Positions 26,946 to 39,732 of a stretch of 64,000 nucleotides of DNA are shown here, in pieces. Origin of the DNA: Tubulanus polymorphus (Eukaryota > Animalia > Nemertea); assembly GCF_964204645.1 (NCBI RefSeq), contig NC_134035.1:12432451-12496450 (forward strand), given 5' to 3'. A program made the translations under genes and the position numbers. Position 1 is the stretch's first letter, and every line of letters starts with the position of its first letter. The notes under the pieces were generated by a model. It did not search any database and was not told the origin of the DNA. It worked only from the letters and a program-made list of their open reading frames with translations.

Positions 26946-28506
26946 TCTAGATTTTTGGATCAATAGCCATCTATATGTCGTCTTATATACTTTTTACCGT
27001 TTTCATTTATCCTTATTAGTTTTTAAGTAATTGCGAGTCAAACCTTAACTTTAACTTTATTATTCATTATTTATGAAATGAATTATCTGAAGTATTCTGC
27101 ACGAAACTTTCTAGTTCAAGTTCATTTTACAGATAGCTAGAAATTGTATCCAGACAAAAAAAATCCTACATGGAATATCGACAAAATTTTACGTACAAAC
27201 AACGGGTTTGTCATTATTGATTTCTACAACAAGTAAAGACTGTTACTGCTAATTAGTCTAATGCAATCTCGTCGTGTTTAGCTTTATTTCTGTATTAAAA
27301 CTTCAGTAATTTCTCTCTCTCTTCTTTTGCATTCTATATATTTACAAAAATAAAACAATTTTCGTTCGTTATCAATGCATAATTTAGAACTGATTCACGG
27401 GATTTACGATTGTTCAACTTTCGCTATTAGAAATAAAAATCTGGAGTTGGTTGCTACATAGGAAATGTTTTTTTTGGAGCTCTTTGATATGTTGATGATA
27501 TTATTCTATTGGTACCTTGTTAATTAGCATTGAATATCATGATTGATATATGCGATCGATTTTCAATAGAATACGAAGTCAAGTTTAATGCTAAAAAGAC
27601 AATTTACTTATTTTTCCCCGGCAGGATTAGAATCCTTGAAAATCACAGTGTTCTATAGCAAGGTCATATTATCAAAGCTTCAAAAACTGTTATGTACTTG
27701 GGTAATAAAATCGCTACCGATGAGACTGACTCTGAATGGATATACCACGCAATATGTGAATTTGACAGAAAAGTAAATCTATAGCTCTCACAATCTAATC
27801 ATGTTAAACCTTTATCAGACTTAATTTATTCAAATCACTCTGTACATTTTTCTATGGCTCCCCGTGATGGGACTTTACGATGAGAAATGTTTCTGACTTT
27901 TTACGGCATGGAGGAATGCCATTAGACGAATCATTAACTTACCCTATCGCACCCATGCGCGATAACTTCATTTGATTGTTTATGACTTGCCGAATGAATA
28001 TCTTCATTCATTTGGAAAGTTACAAAATACCTGATACATGTTGGAAATAGTAAATTGATGATTGGAGTCTGAACAGAGCCATTGAGGCTGCGCAATCAAT
28101 ATAGACGCTTAAACCCAATGGAAAAAACGATTTAATGATGATTATCATAATTACGATGATAGATAAATTGGTGAAATTAAATAAATGATTATTGAAACGT
28201 GTGATTATTGCAGTCTTTATGTCATGGATGTTTGCATTTTGATGTTTAAACGAACACAGCATATTCGCTGGAAACTAATGAATAATTTAGAAACGGTTAA
28301 CGATTTTCAATAATGGGGTTTTTTTGTTTTTTGCCAATATGTTATTGATCTTACGTCACGTGACTTCCGGTATTCGGCGAACGTTTTGCGGTTTTTGATG
28401 CTTCTTCGGATTAATTTTTTGGATTTCACATTCAATAGCTGTGACAGCGGAGCGGTCCCGTTGTTGGAAGCAAACATTAAACTGATATTCATATCTGAAT
28501 TTGAAT

Positions 28507-31221
28507 ATGTGTCGTTTTGTCGTCTTCACGTATTTAGTGTTTGCCTGCGCTGTTCTGGGTAAGTGCATACATTTTATTATTCATAAAAAGTGGGTTTTCT
28601 CATAGATTTCGATTGAAATAGGTCGTGTATTTTCTGTCAGGAATTGATTAGGGCAGAAAATCCAAATATAAGCTATTTTTCGCAATTTCCAGAAGGCAAT
28701 TAGCAGGTATTCTAATCAATTTAACATTCTTTTTCCTACTAAATAAAGTACACCTCTCTTAACAGCAACATAATAACGTGTTAACAATTACTGTACAACA
28801 GTGCAAGAAAAAACAATTACGCGCTAAAGAAATATTCTATAAATCACCCAGGCTTCATTCATAAATCGAACTAAAACTAGTTAATCATCTGGGCTTTTAT
28901 TTCTAGAGATAATCCAAAGATAATCGAGAATATGTGGAAATGCGTCCTGAATATTAGAATAAAGTGTTAAATATATAGTTCATTCTAAAAATCTGGTTGA
29001 AATATAGTTTTGTGTATTTTTAGTTGTTGAATGCAAGGAGACGAGTCATTCCGGTCCAACTGTACCAAAAAAAGACGGCGCGCAATCGCTGGTGAAATGT
29101 CCATCTGGTAAACTGAGAGTAGCGTGTACATGTGAACCGTGGAGCTCTTGTGACGGGGCTGAATTTGCGAAGGATGGCTGCATCGGCTCCAATACTGGCA
29201 GAGTTGGAAGCACAAAGGTAAATGGAGAAAAGTGTGATAGGAGATTCATGTCTCACTATATAAGAGCGTTCGTTTCATGAACGAATATGTCGACTTAAAA
29301 TCTCGCATCGGTCAGTGGGAATTAGGTCTATGATCGTGAAAATGTCATTCTATCTTCAGAGCGTTATAAAATGCACCGATGATGTTCAGGATATTTACTT
29401 CACTGTAGGAACGAAATCGGTTACGGTGGCGAATCCGTCAGTAACGTGTCCACTTAATTCAATAGCTGTCTCGTGCACAGCATATACACAGTGAGTATAT
29501 ATAGTATATTATCACATTGATTCTGAGATAGATCATTAATTTAGCCTTAATACAAAAATAATCCCATATATGATTGTACATGCAGGTTTGACAGGGAAGT
29601 GTTTTCCGCATTTTCATACATATTTAATGTTTATTTGAGAAATATGTAAAAACCGATGGTCTATAACTGTTTGAATGTGACGTGCAGCGTGTGGTCCGTA
29701 GAGTACATTGAACATTGTAACACTCAGTTCTTTTCGTCTGCCATTGAAAACGACGTTAACATTGATTAGTTAATTGGACATTAAAATAAGCGCTCGTTAT
29801 TATTTTCATCCATGAGCTTCGACCTTCAGTAACGTGCACAGCGCGCATAGACATAGTGCATTTCAGATTGTTCTTTTTTCTATGTGTTGCGAAGTGTTTC
29901 GTCTTGCTGAAGAGCATTGCAGTCGCGTGAAAAATTTTTCAGGTCGAAATTTCGAATTTTAAACTCGAAATGTCGTCTCTATAACACATGATGTGCGCAT
30001 GCTTAGATTCACACAATGAGAGCAGTTTATCGTTCTCTCTTCAAGCTAAGGTTTAGATAATGCCGAAATACGATATTGCCTTAGCAAGCACGATAACGTC
30101 TTTCTAATTTGAAATTGACGGGCGCACGTCAAGCGAGCTAATTCAGTCGAGATTAAAAGTCGAAATTTCGAGATGAAAAGTCGAAATTTCGGATTTAAAA
30201 GTCGAAATCTCGACTTAGAAAATCATTTTCATGTGGCCGCAATTCTCTTCCGTTCTGCTCATATCAAAAGTATATGTGCCATATCGCCAATAGATGAAGA
30301 GTCGAAATATTTGAGCGTGCGCGTTTGACTCCCAGGTGCAATGATTATGCCTTGCGTAGATAGAGGAACGTCCAATGAGATGGGCGAGTAGGGTAATATA
30401 CAACGGAGAAAAGTAGATTTGTTGTCTCGGCGAATACTATATTGTTACCCGAAATGAATCCGGTCCCACAGTTACGAATATAGAGTTAACTCGGAGTTAG
30501 GATCAGTTCCTTTTCAATGAGTTAACTCAGAGTCAAATCTAAACTCACCGGGAAACTGGTTCTAGATGTTCAACATTCATCGAGAGCATTCTTGACACCG
30601 TGAATATGGACTGAAGGTTTTAAAATTCTGAATTAACAAAATCTGTCTTGTTGATAGTTGGGGCTATCCGGGAAAATCGGTTGCGATTTCAAATGATGGA
30701 AGAACGTGTAAAGTTAGTGGCTGCGATAGATGTAAGGTTCAAGCAAGATGTAAGATCAGTAAGTACAGAACATACAATATTACAGTTCCATTAGATTTAA
30801 ACAATTTTGAGCGTTGAGAATCAATTAAGGACATTTGCACTGACACTTTTTCAAAGCTTTATTTCTATATGGTAGCTCGGTCCTGTATTTATTTCCCCGC
30901 ACTCCTCAATCGACCAGAATGCTTGTTTTCCTTTTTTCAGAAAAACAGAAAACTAATAACATCGGTTGTAAATTTCGCAAAGCTGTCAGTTCATCGGTTC
31001 CCGATTCGGTCTATAAAACGATGCGGACCATATCGGAGCTGGTTTGTATCGGAGCGTGTGTTAACAATCTCGTTTACTGTAGATCTATAGAATATTTCTC
31101 AACCGCGAACAGTTCATTAAAAACGTGTAATTTACATAGAGAAACTGACTTTACCAAACAGAGACAAACTGGATGGATTTATAAAATCGTTGATCCCAGC
31201 ACTATCGTCATCGTTCCATAA
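28507..31221 (+). CDS. Array copy 2: secreted Cys-rich protein, resistin/PCSK9-CTD-like x2 + PAN/apple-like domain (252 aa)
   Basis: Exons 28507-28558, 29024-29217, 29360-29490, 30658-30758, 30941-31221; open frame. Signal peptide MCRFVVFTYLVFACAVL; ECKETSHSGPT...CPSGKLRVACTCEPWSSCDG; CPLNSIAVSC...TCKVSGCDRCKVQARC; PAN-like SELVCIGACVNNLVYCRSIEY...TCNL. Confidence 0.88.
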
Positions 31222-31509
31222 AGAGTACGTTGAAAAGTCGTTTTCAGAAATTTATTTCTATTCAACATCCAGTTAATTACAAAGAGCAATTTAAACTTTT
31301 AACATCAATAAACGGTCGTCATCTATAGACTTTTGAATATTGGAACGAATGTGTTGCTCGTAGAGATCGGTCCTGTGATGACATACGAATTATACGTTTT
31401 AGGGGTTCATCCGATGCTGCGTTATGGTGTTCAACCAACTTCAACTGGCCGTTCAATCAGTTCAGAAAAAAAGAATTCACAATTCAATTAAATCCGTTTT
31501 TCAAATCCC

Positions 31510-32637
31510 TTATCCTGCAGATTTTAAAGTTGGACCACAGCAGGGTTTGTAGCTACATTTCTGGAATTTCAACTGTTTAACGGCGAGTCTGAATTTACTA
31601 TTTGATAAGCAATAAACGATAAAGTTCATACATGAATCTACGACGGTCATTCCGATACCGATTTTACGCCGAATCATCAGCGTTTCTGCAGGATGCAGAT
31701 TTCCATAGCTGATCCAAACTATTCCAGGAAACCCGACATGCTGTAGTTTTTCTAGAAAAAGCACTGATTCGCAGGCAATGAAAACGGCCACTAATGCCAG
31801 TGACATTCGTAAAACACGCAGTTCTAATGTGTTAGTGGCGCGGCTTTTAGAACGAGTTCTGCCGGCGACACTACAAATTTTAACCATGATCAAAGCTACG
31901 ATTAAGATTATATTGATAACACCCAGTGAGATCATTGGGGCCATAACGCTGGTTACTACACTTATCCAGCTATTTGCAAAATTTTTCCATATATAAATGA
32001 CATTGGGGTAGCGTATGGAAACGCTTAGACCAAGAACTGGGGGGTTGTGAACACAGGGCATATGTGCAGGAACTTGATCGGGTAGAAATAGCGGAAAAAA
32101 CCAACAAAAACTATACAAACTTATCACACCTATCAGGCAATTCACTACGGTTCGTGTCCAAAACATTCTGGATTTTAGCGGGAAAAGTATAATAACGAGT
32201 CTTTCCAAACTGACGAGAATGACGCACCAGTTTCGTATTTGCTGTAGCGCGAAATATGGGCTCATCGCCAGCATTATGAATTCCCAACCGAAAAACCAAT
32301 CATCCAACCGCAAGATGACGTCACCTAAATGTATATAAATGTGCATTGCGCGTAGAGGGTACATCACGAATACGCTTGAAGAATAAGATATGTCGAAAAT
32401 AGCGAGAACTTTGATTAAATAATACGCACTATTATTTAACTTATTCAACACTAGAAACGTTGTGATATTCAAAATGATACCGAGTATTGTGACTGGTCCG
32501 TAAAAGAAGATGTACATATAAATGCTGAACTGATATTCCCATCGTATTCTTACGGAATTCCGTGCATAATCGCAGAATCCAGCGAATGTTCGAACAGTCG
32601 GCAACAGAACAGTGGTAACGTTTGAAGAACTCATCAT
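31510..32637 (-). CDS. Intronless rhodopsin-class GPCR, FMRFamide-receptor-like / invertebrate chemoreceptor-like (375 aa)
   Basis: Seven hydrophobic segments. GIILN (TM1), LAIFD (TM2), RNWCVILVSLERL (TM3), P in TM5, FIACE (TM6), DSCMNFIVYC...SKFR (TM7/H8), N-terminal NVT sequon. Confidence 0.88.
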   Translation of the reverse strand: MMSSSNVTTVLLPTVRTFAGFCDYARNSVRIRWEYQFSIYMYIFFYGPVTILGIILNITTFLVLNKLNNSAYYLIKVLAIFDISYSSSVFVMYPLRAMHIYIHLGDVILRLDDWFFGWEFIMLAMSPYFALQQIRNWCVILVSLERLVIILFPLKSRMFWTRTVVNCLIGVISLYSFCWFFPLFLPDQVPAHMPCVHNPPVLGLSVSIRYPNVIYIWKNFANSWISVVTSVMAPMISLGVINIILIVALIMVKICSVAGRTRSKSRATNTLELRVLRMSLALVAVFIACESVLFLEKLQHVGFPGIVWISYGNLHPAETLMIRRKIGIGMTVVDSCMNFIVYCLSNSKFRLAVKQLKFQKCSYKPCCGPTLKSAG

Positions 32638-33730
32638 TCGAAGCTTTGCAGTAACGTGTAATAGTTATCCGGCGTTCCCTGTTCCCTCACCATGTTACGC
32701 CCCTTTCAATGTTCGCGTAATATAATAACGGGGTGTAGCTTTCTGCGCTCCCTCGAAAGCTATTTCTATATTACAAACGAAAAGTCAATGCTAAGATATT
32801 GACCTAAATTTCTATATGGTCGTTCGAATCCTTTTAATCAGTAACCAAAGTTACGCAGAGGCAAACGTTTACTAATGAGTCAAAAAATGGCAACGCGACC
32901 AGGCTTGACGATTATAGAGTGTATTGCCCACCACATGTTTATGCTGCACCGAATAGCCGTGTTATCCCGAGAACCCGGTTATAGGAGCCGGCCGTCTGCA
33001 GGCGGCACCTATCGGGGATTGTAATTGGTTTCACGCCGTAGATCCGCAGGCATTATCGGAGCAATCGATAACAAATCTAATTTCGTTAATTCCGCTGTAT
33101 CCAGCTGCTTACCTGTATCTTTTTATCTGCTCTAACACAATAACCCTTTGGTCGCTCAGGCACCGCGTCAGTGCTCTCTTCGGGCTTCGGCTTGGTAAGT
33201 TGTCGAGACTCCAGCGAACTTAGACCGCAAACGCAGCTTCAGCCCATACAGGCGCTCAGGTGGCAGCGTAAAGGATATTTTACACACACAACAATTTGAC
33301 CTTACAAGATGGCAAAGATAACAATAATATTGGTTTCGTACGTGACGTCAGTAAAGTCAGCGCAAAAAACTTAAACGCAACAGCATAAGATAACCAGGAC
33401 CCAGTTCCGCAGTTGTAAGTTAGGATTTGTTTCGGAGTAAACGCATAGAAAATGAAGAACTTATTTTAACTCAGAGTTAACTCTAACCAAAAATACATAT
33501 GTATGTTTTTTCTAACTCACAACGGTGGACGGAACTGGATCCACGGATTTACTAATGTCAGCCTCTGTCATATAAACTTCCATATCTTGTATCTGAGGCC
33601 AATATGGCGTATGTCACGTGATAAAAGCACATGGCTGCAATACGTCTTTTGGACAATAAAGCTCAAAACATTTGAATCGGAACTTTTTAGTATCTCACCG
33701 GAACTAACCTTTTTTTCTTTTCGATTCTAC

Positions 33731-33985
33731 AAAAAAAATTCGGGAGGTGAAATTTGCCGGTACATGTTTGGACTATTCTAGGTCCATTAGTTCCCGATTC
33801 AGTTTATGAAATTCTCAATGGGACAATATTGGAGATTGAATGCGCGGAGCATGTGTTAACAATCTTGGTCATCATTAAAAACGTGTAAATTTCACAACTG
33901 TTAAACGGAGAAACTGATTTTACCAAACAGAAACGAACTGCATGCATTTATAAAACCGTCGATCCCAGCACTATCGTCACTGTAA
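33731..33985 (+). pseudogene. Orphan decayed PAN exon (exon 5) of the array family
   Basis: gttcccgattcagtttat...gagattgaatgcgcggagcatgtgttaac...gaaactgattttaccaaacag...gtcgatcccagcactatc matches exon 5, closest to copy 3. It has frameshifts, lacks the CRSIEYFS segment, and has no AG acceptor. Confidence 0.85.
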
Positions 33986-34044
33986 AGAAGATATATCGAA
34001 AAATCTAGTAGTTGTTTGCAGAAATCTAATTTTATCATCAATTT

Positions 34045-34270
34045 TAGGCTAAACAAAAATGATACCTTGTTTCTCCGCAGCGGCCGGGTCATTTTTGTAA
34101 AATATGATAAAATTTATAAACAGTTCATTTCTATAGCGGCCGGGTCTGTTATGGTAAAATTGATCACGATTTAAAAAAAAAGTAATGTATAGGGTAGATA
34201 GGCGGCCGGCCGGGTCAACATTTAAGCTCAGCAGAGCGGAGAAACAAGGTATCAATTTTTTTTGGTCTTA
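34045..34270. mobile_element. MITE with gataccttgtttctccgc inverted repeats
   Basis: gataccttgtttctccgc (34061) / gcggagaaacaaggtatc (~34237-34254); internal gcggccgggtc repeats. Confidence 0.7.
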
Positions 34271-34680
34271 GCATCAATAATAATCGTAGTATCGTAATAT
34301 ATGAAGAGGAAATTGCTGATTCTAGCCGGGCAAAAAGTGCAGTGATATAGGCCGTATCAATCTATATACTTTGTTTTATGACTATGTCCCATGCAGATTA
34401 ATGATATGATACATTTTTAAATAAATGATGTAGTCAGTAGTTTTATGTGTATTGCACGTAAAGTGTAAACTGCAGTCGGGTTTCTATCGTTTCACGTCAA
34501 CTCTCAGTTGTCAAGGGTCTATATGAATCAAAACACTTTATACGCGAGACACTTATATCATCCCTGCAAACGTTATCGCATCGTTACATCTACAAGAGTT
34601 TTTTATGTTCGCTCGTCCGGACACGTATGACGGATTAATTCACTAGGACGAGGAACTAAAATTCATTTCCGGAATCGGAT

Positions 34681-37600
34681 ATGTATCGGTTTTTGAACGC
34701 CAACCGAAGCGTTTTTCATTTAACTTTTTTGATTTTCATCCGCGCTATTTCAAATCTGAGTAAGTGCTTTGTCTTTTGTATTTTTAATTCGTTTTTTAGC
34801 TAAATGTGCTCGTTTTATACTCCAATAATGGGCTGCATTCTCATTCGTGAACTGTTGATTTGATAGTAAGACCAAGAAAGTAGAATGCTTGATATAGAAT
34901 GAGAATTTTTTATTCACAATTTCGTATCAGAATTTCTAATCTACGCTAGACGCTGTTGTGATCACTAAATTCAAGATTCAGCATAATTTTCGCTTACGAG
35001 CTGATTGTAACAGGAAATATTCACGTAATGCTCCTTTCAGCTCCCTTCTAAATGATTCGATTCATTTGCAAAAAATTGATACAACGATTACAGTCAACAA
35101 GACAGTTGGAGCGTTATACCGGAGCGTTATTGGAGATTCCCCAATAACGTAAAGTTGTTTGATTTGTTCAACTCAAATTGCCAAACCCTTAAAAAACTGG
35201 CGTTGTATATACGCAAATGTTTAATACATTTCTAATGTTAAATGTTGCAATGTCTATTGTAAATTAATTTTGTGCTCTGTGGAGTAAATAAACTAATTGT
35301 AAATATAGCTATTCGTCGATAACAATGACACATGCGAAGAATTAAGGAAAAGCCAAAAGGGCTAAACTATAGTCAATGATTCTGCCTTAATTGCGACGGA
35401 ATATACTGTCACGATTTCTCTACGAATTGTAGATCTAGTTGAATGCGCGGAAAATAGTTATTCGAGCGCATTTATACCTAGAAAGGACGACGCTCAGTCG
35501 TTTGTGAAATGTCCTATCGGTGAAGTGAAAGTGTCCTGTACGTGTAAGCCGTGGAGTTACTGTGACGGGTGTAGATTCCGCAAGGACGGCTGTGTAGGGT
35601 ATAATTCTGGCAGATCTGGCAAGACAAAGGTAATTCAGTTGAGCTTTATTCGTCGTGGGCTATTATAAAAAAGAAAGAAGTACCGCTGAGTGCAACTTAT
35701 ACCGAAGAATGACGGTCAGGTCTGCAAGATTCCAGTTTGACTGGCACCGGCTAAGGTCTTCTGAATCAAAACTTATTATTTTTATTATATCTCTCGACAT
35801 CGAATTACTCGAGGAAGTTTCATCGTAAGAATAGACTACTGCTATTCGGTGACAGCGCGATCAACCTGGTGTGAAACATATCAAGCTACATCCAGTTCCA
35901 CTTTTCGTGGTTAAAATGAATCTACAGTTTTAGATGAAATTATTTCAGTGTTTTGACCCGATATCCAGAACCTGGACTGGTCTCTGGGCTATGATACAAG
36001 TTCCCGACTGTCCAGCATATACAGCTCATACAGTCCAGAACGTGCTGGAACCTACATGAAATTGTACCAACTGAAATATTTGAGATTGATCAATGCAGTT
36101 CCATCAAACTTTTTTGTTTTGGCTTCTTCAAGTGTATTTCACTTAACTTTAATGAGTACTTGATAATGTTTGAAGCATGCCCTTGACAAGCGAGTATTGA
36201 ATTGCGTGGCTGAACAAACCGATATTGAATTCAATAAACACGGGAATTAGAATACAGCAATCATGAGTTTTGCACTTACAGTTGTAAAATCGAATATCCG
36301 AGTTGAATTGAAACAATATCGTGTGGTACGAAAGTTTGGAATATGGAATGTTGAAACAATCTCAAATATCTAAACTATACCTTCTGTAAGCTACCTGTGG
36401 AAATTGGATAAGACTGACGCAGTCATGAGGTTCATTCGATCCAGTTGAAACGAGGTTCCACCGGTCGGTCGAGGAGAGTATACACGTTAAAAGCACGATG
36501 GCTTCTTTATGTTTTTTTTTCTAATTTCAGAGCGTTATAAAATGCACCGACGATGTTCGGAATATTTACTTCACCGTAGAAACGAAATCGTACGCATCAA
36601 ATCCGTCAGTAACGTGTCCACTGAATTCAGTAGCTGTCTCGTGCACATCTCACTCACCGTTAGTATCTATGATAATAATAATCATAATAATAATTTATTT
36701 CTTCATAAAGCGCATTTCTATAAAATATAATCATTGCACATCAGATTACAGAAGATAGGGTTGCATGTTTTATGAACTCGTCGGAAACTCTCGATATCTC
36801 GTACCTCTATCGAACTTATGTCTTTTTTCTTAATTCGAAAAATCGTACGCATATCTGTTTTTCTAATTCGAAAATTGAAGAAATCTTTGTTTGATTCGAA
36901 AATATATCTCGATGTATGGGAAACGTTGCTTTAATCATTGAATAGAGTTTCTGACGAGTTACGTTTCATAAGAAATACCTGCATTTTTTCTTCATTCATA
37001 AATCAGAAAAACAAGACTCAATGCATGTTATCAATGTATATACGAATTATTGTAACAGCTTTTACGGGGCCAAAAATCGCCGAAATTAAAATGTTGCATA
37101 TCGAAACAGCTACAGACTCAATTGCAGATCTCACAAATCAATACCTTCATAAGTTTCTCTTAATGAGTTCATTTATTAACGAGGTTCATTGTGTCAGATA
37201 TTGGTAATAATTTAAAGATTTTCAATAGCTAATGACTATAATTTGCATTCGAGGTGACGGTGACGTCGCTGATTGGCCAAATATCCGTTATAGAAACGAC
37301 ATCGCTCGATGATATCACCCAAAGTCAATATATTAAGCATAGACTCTAAAAAAACCGATTTCGTTGTGAATTTTTTTTTGTTTTTTTTCAATACGTGTCA
37401 CTAAAATGGATAGGTAACTCTAGATGTTTGATATATTACCCGGGGTTAAATGCGTATACGGGTAATGTAGAATTCCACCCTAAATGAAAAAAGTCAAAAA
37501 TGTTTGCACGAAACTAATAGTTTACACGACGTATCGACTATATCCGACTGTAAAGATGTTTTTCGTGTAAGAATACTAGATGTTTTTTAATTCATATAGG

Positions 37601-38611
37601 TGGCGCTATACGAGCAAAACACATTCGATAACGAAAAGTAGAACTTGTAAAGTGAACGGATGTAAGGAATGCTTGACTCAGGCTCGATGTCGGATTAATA
37701 GTGAGTGTACTAGAAAAAACCCACGGGAACCAATATACAATAGCAGTTCAATTATGTTCTGCGTATAAATTGCCCCTGTGACACTGCCATTTCATATAGC
37801 ACCAACTAGGCCTACGAAAAATGAATATCAGTTATAGGACAACTTTCTGGATCCGGTTTCACGAACGAGGATTAAGCCCCTATCCAGTTAATTCGAATTA
37901 GTTTAACCCGTCTACGGAGCAAGATTAAATCGGCTAATTCGTAATAGTTACTACGAACACGAGCTATACTGCAGTGCTCTTGGAGCCGGACCCGAACGCA
38001 AACAACGGAAACATTTCGATTCCAGTAATGAAGATATCTTTTATGTTATGGCCCTTTACATTTTAGAATATATCGAAATTATCATTGGAGAAAGAACTTT
38101 TATAGGACTAATGCATTATGGGAAGCTGATTCGGAGATTTTCGCCAATTCGCGTTTTATAAAACAGATTATTTAATCAACGAATTAGCTAAAGACCCAAA
38201 TAAACATCTTTGATGCCAATTGAAAGTTAAGCCCGTTCATGAAACCGGGCCCAGTCCAATCCTCGCTTACCACAGTCGCACATAGAATCCTCAATCTGAA
38301 CTAATGGTTATATTTTTTTATGTTTAACAGAAAAACGTGAGGCGAAATTCACTGGTGCCGTATTTCAAACTGTTCCAGGCGCATCGGTTCCCGATTCGGT
38401 TTATCGAATTTTTAATGAGACAATATCAGAGATTGAGTGCGCCGGAGCGTGTGTTAACGACCTCGTTTACTGTAGATCTATAGAATATTTCTCAGCCGCG
38501 AACAGTTCATCAAAAACGTGTAAATTACATAGAGAAACTGACTTCACCAAACAGAGACAAACTGGATGGATTTATAAAATCGTTGACCCCAGCACTATCA
38601 CAGTTTCATAA
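34681..38611 (+). CDS. Array copy 3: secreted resistin/PCSK9-CTD-like x2 + PAN protein (261 aa)
   Basis: Exons 34681-34759, 35433-35629, 36531-36658, 37600-37700, 38331-38611; open frame, same intron phases as paralogs. Confidence 0.85.
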
Positions 38612-38912
38612 AGAAATCTGAATATGCAATTGAAAGTACAGTCAACCCACATCGGTGCAGAACGATTTTGGCGGTATAGAGTCGGCGGGGGTGGCGGTAT
38701 TGAGAGTATGGCCGTATATCGGGGAGGTTTTGCTATGTATTTGTATAGAGATGTACATTGAGAAAACCTGGCGAAAATCTGAACAACCAGTCTCTGTTTT
38801 TTACTTCGATTGATTCGCTCGTTGTTTAGCGTATCGTCGAGTATGCAATTTCTGATAGAGAATGAGTAACGCGTAACTGTGACTTTGATTACGAACGGAA
38901 CATGGACTCCTA

Positions 38913-38980
38913 AATGTATACATGCACATGTGTAAATGTATACATGCACATGTGTAAATATATACATGTACATGTGTACA
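38913..38980. repeat. 22-bp tandem repeat (aatgtatacatgcacatgtgta) x3
   Basis: Direct reading of the sequence. Confidence 0.8.
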
Positions 38981-39732
38981 AGTAAATACTGAACAAACGT
39001 CAGGCTTAGAAAATGGAATGACGATGCTGACGTCATCTGTCAAAAATGATTCAAACAATTTATGTTTGCTTATTGTCGTCGTTCGGTAGAATAGAAAGTA
39101 AATGATATAAATTGTTATGAATCCTACGCCAGGTACCGTACACGGCGGCGATACCGTACACAGCGGCCATACCGTGCACTGCGCACAATTACCGCGTTGC
39201 ATCTATTATCGATAATATTTGCTATATTATATAATGTAACGGTAATAATGTTTGACGGGGATCCTCAATTCACATTATTGATGATCGCCGTAAAGAAGAT
39301 AGAAACGATAGTTGTAGCGTATATGACGCAAAATACGACCATTTCACTTACGCGCTGACGCCCAATCAAAACTCCAAATGTCTGCTGCATTTGTTTGTTG
39401 ACATATTTTCTCCTGACTGTAAAATCGAAGCGCTTCAAATTCAAATTGTTTGCTTTTCAACGCGTGAATTTCAACCGTAGAATCAGGAGGCAAACGGGGG
39501 GAATTCTCTTGAAATTCGATTCTCACTCATAAATCGATTTAGCGCAGTTAATTGATATTTATTTATTGATAAAGCGAGTGAGAGAATGAGAGAGAAATCA
39601 TAAATGATTCATCGGTCGTTCATGCTAGTCCGTTTTTTTACCTACCGGGATACGCGCGAGGACATTTAGTTATATCATCGGAATACAATTAGACGCATGA
39701 TGATAATACGAGCTAATTTTCTGGATTAAAAC

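Noticed and set aside
26793-27330. SECIS element for the copy 1 TGA
   Set aside because: The obvious hairpin (26880-26941) is a Penelope-like repeat. The ATGA at ~27078 lies in duplicated CNBD intron sequence and lacks a clear non-Watson-Crick quartet with an apical AA. Not supportable by eye.
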